A stretch of 62,001 nucleotides of DNA, filler included, from Candidatus Fermentibacterota bacterium (GTDB taxonomy: Bacteria > JAFGKV01), in the NCBI GenBank assembly GCA_016928395.1. It is 4 parts of 4 records of this genome, joined end to end, with 100 filler letters (N's around TTAATTAATTAA, not from the genome) between each part and the next. Parts side by side here need not be neighbours in the genome. Positions count along the whole stretch, not along the records: positions 6,608 to 37,469 come from JAFGKV010000112.1; 3 more parts are not named here. One strand, 5' to 3'. Position numbers and translations under genes: made by a program. Shown in pieces: positions 7,752-18,259 of the stretch. Below the pieces are notes generated by a model, which was not told the DNA's origin, made no database searches, and saw only the letters and a program-made list of their open reading frames with translations. Position 1 is the first letter of the stretch, and the number at the start of each line of letters is the position of its first letter.

Positions 7752-7842
7752 CAGGGAGGCTGCTGTAGCCACCGCACCCCGCGCCGAACGGTGCTGGCCG
7801 GAGTTCCGCGCCCTAGTACACGCGCAGAGGCCTCCTCACCCG

Positions 7843-8835
7843 TCACTGGATCGCGGTAATATGACAGAGATGGTAGATATCTTCCCACGAACAGCCCCGA
7901 GACAGATCATTCGCAGGCCGGGCCAACCCCTGGAGCACCGGCCCGATGGCCTGGGCATCCGCAAGCCGCTGCACCAGTTTGTACCCGATATTGCCGGCAT
8001 CGAGGTTGGGAAACACGAGGACATTGGCCCGCCCTGCAACAAGGCTGCCCGGCGCCTTCTTGCCCCCCACTGCAGGAATCAGTGCCGCATCGGTCTGAAG
8101 CTCACCATCCACCGCCAGATCCGGCTTTCTCTGCCGGATGAGCAGCAGTGCGTCCTTGACCTTGTCGACCAGTTCGTGGGATGCGCTCCCCCGGGTGGAG
8201 AATGACAGCAGCGCCACCCGGGGCTCATCACCGATAAGCCTGCGCCGCGTCTCTGCCGCCGCGATGGCAATGTCGGCAAGCTGTTCCGACGTGGGATCGG
8301 GCACCACGGCACAATCGCTGAAAACAAGCGCGGTATCGCCCTGTTCATTGGGTACAGGCTTCTGAAATACCATGACGAACGAGCTGGACACGGTCTTGAT
8401 ACCCGGGGATAGCCCGATGATGGTAATCGCCGCCCGGAGAAGATCGGCGGTGGGATGGGCCGCACCGGAGACCATGCCGTACGCCGCCCCCGCACGGACG
8501 AGGAGCGCACCGAACCGCAAGGGGTCCATAACATCGATTCGGGCTTGCTCCTCTGTCATCCCCTTGTGCTTGCGCAACTCATGATAGATGTGGGCAAATT
8601 CGTGCGCCCGGGGGCTCGTGTGGGGATCGATGATCTCGACACCGTCAAGCGCAAGCCCTAGCTCCGCTGCCCTTCGCTTCAGCTCCGCCGGCTCACCGAG
8701 CAGAAGAGGCCGCACGCCTCCGCTCCGTTGAAGCTCTACCGCCGCCCTGAGGGTGCGGGGATCTTCACCCTCTGGCAACGCGATGGCCCTGCCTGATACC
8801 GCGGCCTGGGACCGAAACCTTTCCAGGATCTCCAC
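7843..8835 (-). CDS. pta: Phosphate acetyltransferase
   Basis: [59 protein letters not shown] start at 8835 after GGAGG. Confidence 0.95.
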   Translation of the reverse strand: MEILERFRSQAAVSGRAIALPEGEDPRTLRAAVELQRSGGVRPLLLGEPAELKRRAAELGLALDGVEIIDPHTSPRAHEFAHIYHELRKHKGMTEEQARIDVMDPLRFGALLVRAGAAYGMVSGAAHPTADLLRAAITIIGLSPGIKTVSSSFVMVFQKPVPNEQGDTALVFSDCAVVPDPTSEQLADIAIAAAETRRRLIGDEPRVALLSFSTRGSASHELVDKVKDALLLIRQRKPDLAVDGELQTDAALIPAVGGKKAPGSLVAGRANVLVFPNLDAGNIGYKLVQRLADAQAIGPVLQGLARPANDLSRGCSWEDIYHLCHITAIQ

Positions 8836-8854
8836 CTGTCCAACCTCCCCCGGT

Positions 8855-9358
8855 CTAGCCGGGATCGTTTCCCTCGACAACCCGAGGCATGCGACGCAGA
8901 TGGTCTGCAACAACCTCAGGCACATACTTCTCGAAGGGACCCCCCAGTTGCCACAACTCCCGGACCAGCCCACTGGAAAGGAAGATGAAACGGCCGCTGG
9001 GCATGAGAAACACCGTCTCCAACTCGGGATCGATATTGCGATTGGTCAGAGCCATCTGCAGCTCAAACTCGAAATCCGACACGGCGCGCAGCCCCCTGAT
9101 CACCACCTGTGCCTCAAGACGCCGGGCGAAGTTGACCAGGAGCCCGGTGAAGCTCGTCACGCGCACCTGCTCCATGCCTTCGGTGATCCGGCTCAACAGA
9201 AGAATCCGCTCGGCCACCGGCAGAAACGGATGCTTCGAGATGTTCTGGGTAACCGCAACGATGACGCGATCAAAGAGCTTCAGGCTCCGTTGAATGATGT
9301 CAACGTGCCCGTTCGTGATGGGGTCGAAGCTCCCAGGATAGATGGCGATAGTCGGCAT
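8855..9358 (-). CDS. coaD: Pantetheine-phosphate adenylyltransferase
   Basis: [24 protein letters not shown]. Confidence 0.97.
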   Translation of the reverse strand: MPTIAIYPGSFDPITNGHVDIIQRSLKLFDRVIVAVTQNISKHPFLPVAERILLLSRITEGMEQVRVTSFTGLLVNFARRLEAQVVIRGLRAVSDFEFELQMALTNRNIDPELETVFLMPSGRFIFLSSGLVRELWQLGGPFEKYVPEVVADHLRRMPRVVEGNDPG

Positions 9359-9915
9359 CAGGCATCCTCACGCCGAAACATATAGATCATGGTGTCTCCA
9401 GCCCTGCGTTCCCAGATAACCTCGAGGCCCGCCGGCTCAGGCCGAGGATCCTTGACACCCTGCTCGATGATGAGTCTCCCGCCGGGGGTCAACAGTGACG
9501 CCCACGGGGTGTCGCTCCACAGATCCGCCGTCTCGGGAAGCCCGTAGGGTGGGTCAGCGAAGATGAGGGCGAAGAGACGCCCCCTCTCGATCAGGCTTCG
9601 CACAGCCCGACGCGCCGTGGTCACCATGATGTCGCCCTCGGTCCCGAACCCCACGCGATCCAGGTTACGACCCCACACCGCGGCGATCCGAGGCGAACGT
9701 TCCACCGCCACCACGTGGTCAGCGCCTCTCGAGAGCACCTCCGCCGAAAGGACCCCGGCTCCGGCGAAGAGATCCAAGACCTCAGTTCCCACGACCGCGT
9801 CGCCAAGGGCGTCAAGCATGACCTTGCGACACATCGCAGAAGTGGGCCTGACGCCGTCGGGCACCTGGAGCCCGCGGCCCTTGGCGCTACCCGCGACTAT
9901 TCGTGCCTGGTTCAA
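9358..9915 (-). CDS. rsmD: 16S rRNA m2G966 methyltransferase RsmD
   Basis: RIVAG..KGR, RPT, LDLFAGAG, DPPY; TTG start; adjacent to coaD. Confidence 0.88.
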   Translation of the reverse strand: MNQARIVAGSAKGRGLQVPDGVRPTSAMCRKVMLDALGDAVVGTEVLDLFAGAGVLSAEVLSRGADHVVAVERSPRIAAVWGRNLDRVGFGTEGDIMVTTARRAVRSLIERGRLFALIFADPPYGLPETADLWSDTPWASLLTPGGRLIIEQGVKDPRPEPAGLEVIWERRAGDTMIYMFRREDA

Positions 9916-11257
9916 CCTCGCCTACCTCCACTGGTTTGTCCACCGCCCTGCGACGCTGGAACACTCGCCCGACATCATTCACGAAGGCAAACGCCATCAG
10001 TGATACCAGCAGAACGAGCCCCACCCGCTGCAGCGCCACTTGCGTACTCAACCCCAAAGGCTTGCGACGGAGACCCTCGATCAGCGAGAAGACTACGGTC
10101 GCCCCGTCCAGAACGGGAATCGGAAGCAAGTTGAGCACCGCCAGCATTACGCTGAACAGAGCGATGAAACTGACAAAGCTGTCGAATCCTCGACGGGCTT
10201 GGCGCGCCGAGAACTGGGCGATGGCAATGGGACCGCCCAGTTGTCTCCTGATTCCTTTCGGGTTCTTCACCATGGTGTAGAACCCCGAGTACACCGTGGC
10301 CACCATCCCGCCGGTCATGCGGCCGGCCTGTAGGATTGACTCCAGCGGCCCGAATCTCGCCACCCTCGTGGCTCCTTCCGGCGCGGTGATTCCGATGTAC
10401 CCGCCTTCGGTCTGGCCGAGCGAGGTTCCGTTGATCGGCTTGACCGTTGTGGCCAGAACCTTGCCTTCCCGAACAAACTCCACTGCCACGTCTCTGTCTG
10501 GATTCTCAAGAATGATCTTGCGCAGCTCATCGAAGGTGGCCACTGTAGTGCCTCCCACCGCCACCACGCTGTCGCCTTCCTGCATGCCTGCCTCGAAGGC
10601 CGGATAGCCCATGGTGATATCTCCCACCACCGGGGGAAACGTAAAGCCGACGCCCATCAACAGTGAGTCAGACATGCTGACCAGCAACGTGTCCAGCCTG
10701 CCCTTCCTGTTCACCACGAGACTAATCGAATCAGAACTCCCGCGGGCCGTCGCCTCCTGCCATGCACTGAGGAAGTCATGGCTTGACTGCACCGGCCGAC
10801 CGCCCAGCTCAATGATGCGGTCCCCTGGCTGCATGCCTACGCCGGCCGCAACCGAGCCCGGCTCCACGGTGCCCAAGATCATCAGGGGGTCAGGCACCCT
10901 GAATCCAACGACGGCAACGCCGTACAGCAACACAAAGGCCAGGACGATGTTCATCATCGGACCTGAGACTGCCACGATGAGCTTGACCCACCACGGCTGG
11001 GCGGTGAAATCGCCAGGGTCAGGCTCCGCAGTGGTCTCGCCCGGGTCCTCTCCCGAGAACTTCACGTACCCACCCAGCGGGATAGGGCCGATAACCCACT
11101 CGATATCCCGCCATCGGAATCCGATGATCTTGGGGCCGAATCCAATGCTGAACTTGAGGACACGAACGCCGAGCCGAAGGCCGGCGAGAAGGTGGCCAAT
11201 CTCGTGGGGAATCACCAAAACTCCCAACACGATGATCCCGATGATCACGGCTTCCAT
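9887..11257 (-). CDS. rseP: RIP metalloprotease RseP with two PDZ domains
   Basis: HEIGH, FSIGFGP, PLGGYVK, NLLPIPVLDG; ATG at 11257. Confidence 0.95.
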   Translation of the reverse strand: MEAVIIGIIVLGVLVIPHEIGHLLAGLRLGVRVLKFSIGFGPKIIGFRWRDIEWVIGPIPLGGYVKFSGEDPGETTAEPDPGDFTAQPWWVKLIVAVSGPMMNIVLAFVLLYGVAVVGFRVPDPLMILGTVEPGSVAAGVGMQPGDRIIELGGRPVQSSHDFLSAWQEATARGSSDSISLVVNRKGRLDTLLVSMSDSLLMGVGFTFPPVVGDITMGYPAFEAGMQEGDSVVAVGGTTVATFDELRKIILENPDRDVAVEFVREGKVLATTVKPINGTSLGQTEGGYIGITAPEGATRVARFGPLESILQAGRMTGGMVATVYSGFYTMVKNPKGIRRQLGGPIAIAQFSARQARRGFDSFVSFIALFSVMLAVLNLLPIPVLDGATVVFSLIEGLRRKPLGLSTQVALQRVGLVLLVSLMAFAFVNDVGRVFQRRRAVDKPVEVGEVEPGTNSRG

Positions 11258-12423
11258 TGAATGACATCCTCTCCGGAGGTGACACGCTCGACTGCGGCTA
11301 AGGCCTGGTCGCGGGCGCAAAGGTCCGCAGCGAGGATAACCTCCAATGCGGGCTCGGGCGTTGCGGTATGAGCCGACAAGACGTGATCTATGACGGCTGG
11401 AATGCCGGTGAACGGGAGCTTCCCCTCAAGGAAGGCTCCCACCGCGACTTCATTCGCGGCATTCATCACGGCCAAAGCGGTGCCGCCGACCCCGGCTGCC
11501 CGGCGGGCAAGCCCCACGCATGGGTACCTCTCGATGTCCAGCGGCTTGAAGGTCAACGACTCAAGTCCCCCGGGCAGCAGCCTGGGTAGAGATGTCGGAC
11601 AAAGCTCGGGGTACGTCAATGCATACTGAATGGGCCCTCGCATGTCGGGCCATGCCAAATGGGCGATGACCGACCCGTCCCACAGTTCAACCATGCAATG
11701 CACCATGCTCTGGGGATGGAGGATGACGCTGATGCCCTCGATGCCGATGCCGAACAGGTAATGGGCCTCGATGACTTCCAGCCCCTTATTCATCATGGTT
11801 GCCGAGTCCACCGTGATCTTCTTGCCCATGGCCCACGTCGGATGGGCCAGCGCCTGCTTCGGCGTGACGCGCGCCAAATCTCCCCGGTAGTCCCGCAGGG
11901 CGCCGCCCGAGGCCGTGAGCCACAGGGCCCGGATGTCCTGGCATGGTCGCCCCCGCAGAGCAACGTGGAGCGAGGCATGCTCGGAATCGATGGGTATCAC
12001 TCGTGCAAGACCGCCCGAGGCGGCCATGACCAGGTGACCGCCGATCACGAGGCTCTCCTTGTTGGCCAAGGCGACAGTCTTGCCCGCGTTCAGCGCGTCG
12101 AGGGTCGGCACCAGACCGGCCGCGCCCACCAAGCCGTTCACCACCACGTCAGCATCAGGATGCGATGCGGCGGCCTTCACCCCGTCGTCTCCCAGGAGGA
12201 GTTCTGCGCCCACATCCCTGCACGCTTTGGCCACCGCCTCATCCGCTCTGCCGAACGCGACCAGGTTCGGCCTGAACCGGCGGACCTGGTCGGCCAGCAC
12301 TACCGCATTGCTGCGCGCCGCCAGCGCGGTAACGCAGAAACGAGGTGTAAGATGCGCCACCACATCCAACGTTGCCCGGCCGATGGATCCAGTGCTGCCC
12401 AGGATGGATAGGGTACGCGGCAT
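11245..12423 (-). CDS. dxr: 1-deoxy-D-xylulose-5-phosphate reductoisomerase
   Basis: LGSTGSIG, LANKE, PIDSEH, HPTWAMGKKITVDSATMMNKGLEVIEA. Confidence 0.98.
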   Translation of the reverse strand: MPRTLSILGSTGSIGRATLDVVAHLTPRFCVTALAARSNAVVLADQVRRFRPNLVAFGRADEAVAKACRDVGAELLLGDDGVKAAASHPDADVVVNGLVGAAGLVPTLDALNAGKTVALANKESLVIGGHLVMAASGGLARVIPIDSEHASLHVALRGRPCQDIRALWLTASGGALRDYRGDLARVTPKQALAHPTWAMGKKITVDSATMMNKGLEVIEAHYLFGIGIEGISVILHPQSMVHCMVELWDGSVIAHLAWPDMRGPIQYALTYPELCPTSLPRLLPGGLESLTFKPLDIERYPCVGLARRAAGVGGTALAVMNAANEVAVGAFLEGKLPFTGIPAVIDHVLSAHTATPEPALEVILAADLCARDQALAAVERVTSGEDVIQWKP

Positions 12424-12424
12424 A

Positions 12425-13255
12425 TCAGGGCCTCCCCGGAGCCAGAAGCACCAGAGAATAGTAGGTGGCGGGTATGTTCACGAGAAGGCTGTCGAATCGA
12501 TCCAATACGCCACCGTGGCCCGGAATGAGCCTGGAGCTGTCCTTGACGCCTGCCTCACGCTTGAAGAGCGACTCCGCAAGATCGGCCCCCTGGCCCAAAG
12601 TGCCGGCGAGCCCGCCGAGAAGAAGACCCACGGGCAGAGGCAGTGGTCCCAGAAACCGCAGAGCCGCTCCTGCAGCAAGCCCGGCCACCAGCCCGGCCGC
12701 AGCCCCCTCCCAGCTCTTGCGAGGACTGATCGCCGGCGCCATTCGATGACGACCGAGGGCGCTGCCGATGCCGTAGGCTGCGGTATCGACTATCCAGGTC
12801 AGATAGAAGGGAACCAAGGCAAGCTTCCACGCCGGCAGCGGCCACGACGCGACTGCCGGTGATGGCAGACGCAGGAGGTGAACGTGGCCGAACAGCCACG
12901 CCACATACAGCACTGCGGCGGAGGCCCGAGAGGCTCGCGCAAGCGTCTCTCGAGGACCACCGGATGCAATGTCGATGGCAACCACAAAGAGGAACGGCAG
13001 GACCGCCACTGACGCGGCCGGTCCCGGGCGGCCTGCGGCGATTAAGAAGAACGAGACGGCGCACGCCAGAAGCGTCGCTGGGACCTCCAGGTGAAAACCC
13101 GAGAGCCCCAACCGGCAAAACTCCCACGCGGCGATTAGCATGATGGCGCAGTTCACCGCCAGCAGAGCCCACCCGCCATGGAGAACGAGGAACAGATAGG
13201 CGGGTATGAATACCGCCGCCACGGCACTCCTCGTGAGGAGATTCGACACGCTCAT
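12425..13255 (-). CDS. cdsA: Phosphatidate cytidylyltransferase
   Basis: ISPRKSWEG, DLAESLFKREAGVKDS..IPGHGGVLDRFDS. Confidence 0.95.
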   Translation of the reverse strand: MSVSNLLTRSAVAAVFIPAYLFLVLHGGWALLAVNCAIMLIAAWEFCRLGLSGFHLEVPATLLACAVSFFLIAAGRPGPAASVAVLPFLFVVAIDIASGGPRETLARASRASAAVLYVAWLFGHVHLLRLPSPAVASWPLPAWKLALVPFYLTWIVDTAAYGIGSALGRHRMAPAISPRKSWEGAAAGLVAGLAAGAALRFLGPLPLPVGLLLGGLAGTLGQGADLAESLFKREAGVKDSSRLIPGHGGVLDRFDSLLVNIPATYYSLVLLAPGRP

Positions 13256-14043
13256 CAGCTTTCAACCTTGCCAAACCGCCGGTTTCGTGCTGCGTAATCC
13301 TCCAGAGCGGTGAAGAGCTCGGCCCGCCTGAAGTCCGGCCACAAGGTCGGCGTAACCCAGAGTTCCGCGTAGGCGATCTGCCACAGAAGGAAGTTGGAGA
13401 TGCGCATCTCTCCGCTGGTACGGATGACCAAATCCGGATCCGGCATCCCCGCGGTCTGCATCCGACCTGCGAGCATGGCCTCATCGATATCGTCGGGTTT
13501 GATGGCGCCGGATGCGCTCTCTCTGGCCAGAGCCCGGGCCGCCTGTGCGATCTCAGCCCGGCTGCCATAGCTCAACGCCAAGACCAGCGTCAGGCCGGCA
13601 TTGCCGGCAGTACTCCGGATTGCAGAATCGAGATCCTTCCGCACCGCCGTGGGCAGTTGCTCGGTAAACCCAATGGTACGAAGCCTTACCTTGTTGTTGT
13701 GGAGCATATCCAGTTCGTGGCGAAGATACCGCTGGAGCAGTGACATGAGAAACTCAACCTCGGGGCGTGGACGAGCCCAGTTCTCAGTCGAGAAGGAGAA
13801 CAAGGTCACGTAGGAGATTTCCCACTCGGCGCAGGCGGTCACAATGTCCCGAAGCGCCTCCACCCCGGCCTGGTGGCCTCGAACCCTCGGCAAGCCTCGG
13901 GCGCGGGCCCATCGCCCGTTGCCATCCATTATGAGAGCAATATGGGCGGGAAGACGGGCAAGGCGCCGAGGATCCAGGTCCATGCCGGGTTCCGTGTCAA
14001 GCCCCTGTTTAGGACCAACGGGTGAAACCGCGTCGATCGACAC
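13255..14043 (-). CDS. uppS: Undecaprenyl diphosphate synthase (alternative ATG start at 13983)
   Basis: HIALIMDGNGRWA, FSTENW.RP, IRTSGE.RISNFLLWQ. Confidence 0.96.
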   Translation of the reverse strand: MSIDAVSPVGPKQGLDTEPGMDLDPRRLARLPAHIALIMDGNGRWARARGLPRVRGHQAGVEALRDIVTACAEWEISYVTLFSFSTENWARPRPEVEFLMSLLQRYLRHELDMLHNNKVRLRTIGFTEQLPTAVRKDLDSAIRSTAGNAGLTLVLALSYGSRAEIAQAARALARESASGAIKPDDIDEAMLAGRMQTAGMPDPDLVIRTSGEMRISNFLLWQIAYAELWVTPTLWPDFRRAELFTALEDYAARNRRFGKVES

Positions 14044-14182
14044 AGAGCGTGTTCGGGCCTCGACCTTGGAGACGCATCATGGCAAGAGAGCACTCTTCAG
14101 AGTCGTTGCCAAGGGGAGTCAATGATCCGGCAGCAGAGCTGCACGGCAAAGACCACACAAAACCGCAGTCGGTCAACGAAGC

Positions 14183-14740
14183 TCAGACCTCCATCACTTC
14201 CCGCTCTTTGGCCTTCATGAGATCATCAATCATGGCGACGTGCCGGTCGGTGATTTCCTGGATTCTGTCGCTCCCCTTGTGTAGATCGTCTTCAGTGATA
14301 TCTCCCGATTTCTCGAATTTCCTCAACTCCTCGATCTGACCGCGGCGGATATTGCGCACTGACACGCGCACATCCTCAGACAGCTTGCGGACATGCCTGA
14401 CAAGTTCCTTGCGACGCTCTTCGGTCAGCTTCGGGATAGGAAGACGGATCACCGCGCCGTCGTTCAGCGGATGAAGGCCTATCTCTGACTTGCTGATAGC
14501 CTTTTCGATGGCAGAAAGCGCCGTTCGATCCCAAGGTTGTACGACCAGAAGCCTCGGCTCTGGTGCGCTAATGTTGGCCACCTGACGCAATGGGATCTGG
14601 CTGCCGTAGTACTCGACCCGAATCCCATCCAACAGGGCGGGCGATGCCTTGCCCGTACGAACCCGGGTAAACTCCCGCTTCAGTGCCTCGTACGCCTGCT
14701 GCATCTTCTCTTCGGATTCTTCCAAGACCAAAGCCATCAT
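14183..14740 (-). CDS. frr: Ribosome recycling factor
   Basis: RTGKASP, VEYYG, P.LTEERRKEL, VRNIRR. Confidence 0.97.
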   Translation of the reverse strand: MMALVLEESEEKMQQAYEALKREFTRVRTGKASPALLDGIRVEYYGSQIPLRQVANISAPEPRLLVVQPWDRTALSAIEKAISKSEIGLHPLNDGAVIRLPIPKLTEERRKELVRHVRKLSEDVRVSVRNIRRGQIEELRKFEKSGDITEDDLHKGSDRIQEITDRHVAMIDDLMKAKEREVMEV

Positions 14741-15477
14741 GACCGAATCACTCCTTCGGCGGGGACGGTGGAGACCATTCCCACCAATGTACCCTCCGTC
14801 TCGCCCATGAGCACGTGTCGCATGGCTTTGGGCCTCGTCTGGTCAAACACCACCACGGGCAGACGGTGGTCTCTGCACAAAGCCATCGCAGTACGATCCA
14901 TAAACCTCAGGTTGCCCGAGAGCGCATCATCAAGCGAGAGCTGCGCGTAGCGGGTCGCGCCAGGGACCTGTTCCGGATCATCAGTGTACACACCATCGAC
15001 CCGGGTTCCCTTGAGTACCGCCTCCGCGCCGATCTCCAGAGCCCGAAGCACTGCAGCGGTGTCGGTAGTGAAGTAGGGATTGCCCGTCCCGCCTGCAAAG
15101 ATGCCGATGCAGCCATCCGCGATAAGGGCCCGCGCCTCCGCAGCAACGAACGGCTCGACAAGACTGCCTATGGCAAAGGCGGAGCGGACAAAGGCAGGAC
15201 TGCCCAACAGACGGATCTGCTCCGCCAAGGCCAGTGCATTGATCACGGTAGCCAGCATACCCATGGAATCGGCGGCAACTCGGTCCAACGGTACGATCGA
15301 GCCGGCACCGCGAAGGATATTGCCTCCCCCGGGGACGACTCCTACGTCCACACCTAGAGACCGAGCCTCAACAATATCCTGAGCCCGCTGACGAAGAGAG
15401 GCTGGATCCAGGCCCGCTCCCGCGGCACCACCCAGTGACTCGCCGCTCAGCTTAAGCACTACGCGGCGATACCGCAT
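14737..15477 (-). CDS. pyrH: Uridylate kinase
   Basis: LKLSGE, GGGN, GTGNPYFTTDTAA.LRA. Confidence 0.97.
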   Translation of the reverse strand: MRYRRVVLKLSGESLGGAAGAGLDPASLRQRAQDIVEARSLGVDVGVVPGGGNILRGAGSIVPLDRVAADSMGMLATVINALALAEQIRLLGSPAFVRSAFAIGSLVEPFVAAEARALIADGCIGIFAGGTGNPYFTTDTAAVLRALEIGAEAVLKGTRVDGVYTDDPEQVPGATRYAQLSLDDALSGNLRFMDRTAMALCRDHRLPVVVFDQTRPKAMRHVLMGETEGTLVGMVSTVPAEGVIRS

Positions 15478-15482
15478 GGAGA

Positions 15483-16079
15483 TCAGGCCTCTCCGATCTG
15501 GAAGCGGGCGAATCGTCGTACCACGACATTCTCGCCCAGCTTGCCCGCCACCTCCTTGACCATGTCTCCCACCGCACGGGACGGCTCGCGGATCGAAGCC
15601 TGTTCCATCAGACAGCTGTCCTGATAGAACTTCTCCAGCTTCCCTTCCACGATGCGTTCCCAGATCTTCTCGGGCTTTCCGCTCTGTTGCACCTGCTCAC
15701 GGTAGATTGCGCGCTCCCGCTCGACCAAATCGGCGGGCAGGTCCTCCCGGGAAACGGCAAGCGGCGACGAGGCTGCGACCTGCATTGCAAGCTCGTGGGC
15801 AAGAGTCTGGAAATCGTCGGTTCTGGCCACGAAATCTGTCTCGCAGTTCACTTCGACGATCACTCCGAGCTTGCCGCCCAGATGCACATACGATGATACT
15901 AGACCTTCGCTGGCTGCACGACCGGCTCGCTTGGTCGCCTTCGCAATCCCTTGGGTACGCAACCACTCGATAGCCTTCTCGACCTCGCAGCCCGCAGCCT
16001 CGAGCGCCTTGCGACAGTCCATCATTCCGGCGCCGGTTCTCTCGCGAAGCTCCTTGACGGCCTGTGCAGAGATGGTCAT
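15483..16079 (-). CDS. tsf: Elongation factor Ts (short form)
   Basis: VKELRERTGAGMMDC, EVNCETDFVA. Confidence 0.98.
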   Translation of the reverse strand: MTISAQAVKELRERTGAGMMDCRKALEAAGCEVEKAIEWLRTQGIAKATKRAGRAASEGLVSSYVHLGGKLGVIVEVNCETDFVARTDDFQTLAHELAMQVAASSPLAVSREDLPADLVERERAIYREQVQQSGKPEKIWERIVEGKLEKFYQDSCLMEQASIREPSRAVGDMVKEVAGKLGENVVVRRFARFQIGEA

Positions 16080-17245
16080 GCCTGTTCCTCCTCTTTCGCC
16101 GGCTCAGGAGTGGGGGGTGGGCTTGCGTCCGCGGGTGGCTGGACCTGCTTGGGAGGACGACGCGCGGGTGCGGCCTTCTTCTCAGGGGGACGCTCCTCAG
16201 CGGTCTCCTTCGGGGAACGCTCGGCGAGGGGGGCCGCTCTCTCGGGACGACGCTCCGCGGCGGCCTCTCTCGGGGAACGCTCGGCAAGGGGGGCCGCTCT
16301 CTCGGGGCGACGCTCTCTCGGGCCTCGAGCGCCGGGGCCCTGGCCACGGGGGTCACGCCGGGCGCGATCGCCGCCTGAACCAGGCCGCCCTTGCCAGCCC
16401 TCGCCCTGCCTCCCTTCGCCCTGTCGGGGCCGACGCTGCGCCCCTCCACGGTCAGCCGGCCGCGGCCGCCGGGAGGACGCTTCCGAGGGCTGTCCGGCCG
16501 CGGCAACAGGCGCTTCCTTTGCCGGCGGCTCTGCTTTTGCCTGCAACGCTTGCTTCTCCTCAAAGGCCGCGGTCCCACGCTCGATCGCCTTGGCCACAAG
16601 ACGCGTGACGAGTTTGATGCTCTTCATGGCATCGTCGTTCCCAGGAATGATGTGGTCGATGGAATCGGGATCCACATTTGTGTCGACGATGGCCATCACC
16701 GGTATGCCCAACTTCACCGCTTCCGATACGGCGATTCGTTCCTTCTTGCAGTCAATAACGTAGACGAGGCCCGGAAGCGCGGTCATGTGGCGAACTCCGG
16801 CCAACACCTTCTCAAGCTTGGCGCGCTCCTTCAGGAGGCTCTGCATCTCCTTCTTTGTCATGGTGCGAGCGGGACCGTCTTGTTCGAGCTTCTCCAGCTC
16901 TTCGAGCCGCGCCATGCTACGCCGTATTGTGGAGAAGTTGGTGATGGTGCCGCCGAGCCATCGCTCGATGACATAGGGCATGCCGATCCTCTCCGCCTCT
17001 CGCCGTATGACGTCCTTGGCCTGCCTCTTCGTGCCAACAAGCAGCACCTTCTTGCCCTCGGCGGCTATCTGCTCCAGCGAAGACAACGATTCCTCTAGTA
17101 GTTTCTGGGATTTCCGGAGGTCAATGATGTGAATGCCATTCCGCTCCCCGAAGATGTAGGGCTTCATCTTGGGGTTCCACCGTTTGGTTTGGTGGCCGAA
17201 ATGGAGACCCGCCTCGAGCATCTGCTCGATGGTTGGCAGTTCCAT
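16076..17245 (-). CDS. rpsB: 30S ribosomal protein S2 with long low-complexity C-terminal extension
   Basis: AGLHFGHQTKRWNPKM, RWLGG, DTNVDP, PGNDD; about 150-aa Arg/Glu/Pro/Ala tail. Confidence 0.97.
   Translation of the reverse strand: MELPTIEQMLEAGLHFGHQTKRWNPKMKPYIFGERNGIHIIDLRKSQKLLEESLSSLEQIAAEGKKVLLVGTKRQAKDVIRREAERIGMPYVIERWLGGTITNFSTIRRSMARLEELEKLEQDGPARTMTKKEMQSLLKERAKLEKVLAGVRHMTALPGLVYVIDCKKERIAVSEAVKLGIPVMAIVDTNVDPDSIDHIIPGNDDAMKSIKLVTRLVAKAIERGTAAFEEKQALQAKAEPPAKEAPVAAAGQPSEASSRRPRPADRGGAQRRPRQGEGRQGEGWQGRPGSGGDRARRDPRGQGPGARGPRERRPERAAPLAERSPREAAAERRPERAAPLAERSPKETAEERPPEKKAAPARRPPKQVQPPADASPPPTPEPAKEEEQA
16211..16315. repeat. 60-bp tandem repeat inside the rpsB tail
   Basis: cggggaacgctcggc(g/a)agggggccgctctctcggg(a/g)cgacgctc at 16211 and 16271, encoding ERRPERAAPLAERSP. 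Confidence 0.85.
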
Positions 17246-17282
17246 GAATGTGCCTCCTCAGGCCCGGATAGGCCTGCGGCGT

Positions 17283-17366
17283 GGGGTTGTTCCTCCACTC
17301 GTCCCAAAGGACCACCATGCCCCGCAAAGGCGGGACACCCCGGTGTCACAAGGACGGGTGTGTGTG
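17283..17366 (-). ncRNA. rpsB (S2/t44-type) leader RNA
   Basis: Minus strand CACACACCCGUCC...CCGGGGUGUCCCGC..GCGGGGCA...UGGGACGAGUGGAGG..AACCCC, with the GGGGU/ACCCC elements typical of S2-responsive leaders. Confidence 0.75.
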
Positions 17367-17417
17367 ATAGAGATCATCCGCCACCGTGGGCGAAGGACGC
17401 TGCAAGAAAGACTGCGA

Positions 17418-17810
17418 CTAACGCTTGGAGAACTGGAACCGCTTCCTGGCGCCTGGACGACCGTACTTCTTGCGCTCGACCATCCGTGGGTCTCGCGTCA
17501 AGAGCCCATCCCGTCGAAGCACCTTGCGAAAGGAAGGATCGATCGACACCAGGGCACGGGCGATGCCCAGCCTCACGGCGCCGGCCTGACCGGCCACCCC
17601 TCCTCCGGCCACGGAAACGACGGCATCAAACTTGCCCTCGCATTCGCACGTCTTGAACGGCTTCAAGATCGTCATGGTAAGCGACTGGGTCGGGAAATAC
17701 TGCTCCAACGGCTTCCCGTTGACCCGGAAGTTGCCGCTGCCCTCCACAAGCGTGACACGGGCAGTGGCCAGCTTTCTGCGACCGACCGACATCTGCCGGA
17801 CCTGAGTCAT
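17418..17810 (-). CDS. rpsI: 30S ribosomal protein S9
   Basis: [35 protein letters not shown]...QFSKR. Confidence 0.98.
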   Translation of the reverse strand: MTQVRQMSVGRRKLATARVTLVEGSGNFRVNGKPLEQYFPTQSLTMTILKPFKTCECEGKFDAVVSVAGGGVAGQAGAVRLGIARALVSIDPSFRKVLRRDGLLTRDPRMVERKKYGRPGARKRFQFSKR

Positions 17811-18259
17811 TGGCTACCCTCCACTGGTTCAAGCGGAAGAGGGGCCGGCTGCTGAGCAATGTGGGGGTGATCCGGGCCGGCATATACCTTGAGCTTCCGG
17901 AAAAGTTCGCGTCCCAATTTGGTGTGAGGCAACATGCCCTTCACCGCGTGTTCCACGACACGTTCCGGCCGCATCTTGGTGATCGGGATAACCCGCCGGC
18001 CACCGGGGAAGCCGGTGAACCTCTCGTATCGCTTCATCGAAGACTTCTCACCTGTGAGACGCACTTTCGATGCGTTGATGATGACGACATGATCGCCAAA
18101 GTCGAAATGGGGAGAATACTCAGGACGGTGCTTCCCGCGAAGGATGGTGGCAACCCTGGTGGCCAGTCTGCCTAGAATCTGACCATCGGCATCCACGACC
18201 CACCACGTATCCTTGATGTCTCCCGCCTTAGGCATGTAGGTCTTTGTCACGTGTTTCAC
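17807..18259 (-). CDS. rplM: 50S ribosomal protein L13
   Basis: [39 protein letters not shown]. Confidence 0.98.
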   Translation of the reverse strand: MKHVTKTYMPKAGDIKDTWWVVDADGQILGRLATRVATILRGKHRPEYSPHFDFGDHVVIINASKVRLTGEKSSMKRYERFTGFPGGRRVIPITKMRPERVVEHAVKGMLPHTKLGRELFRKLKVYAGPDHPHIAQQPAPLPLEPVEGSQ

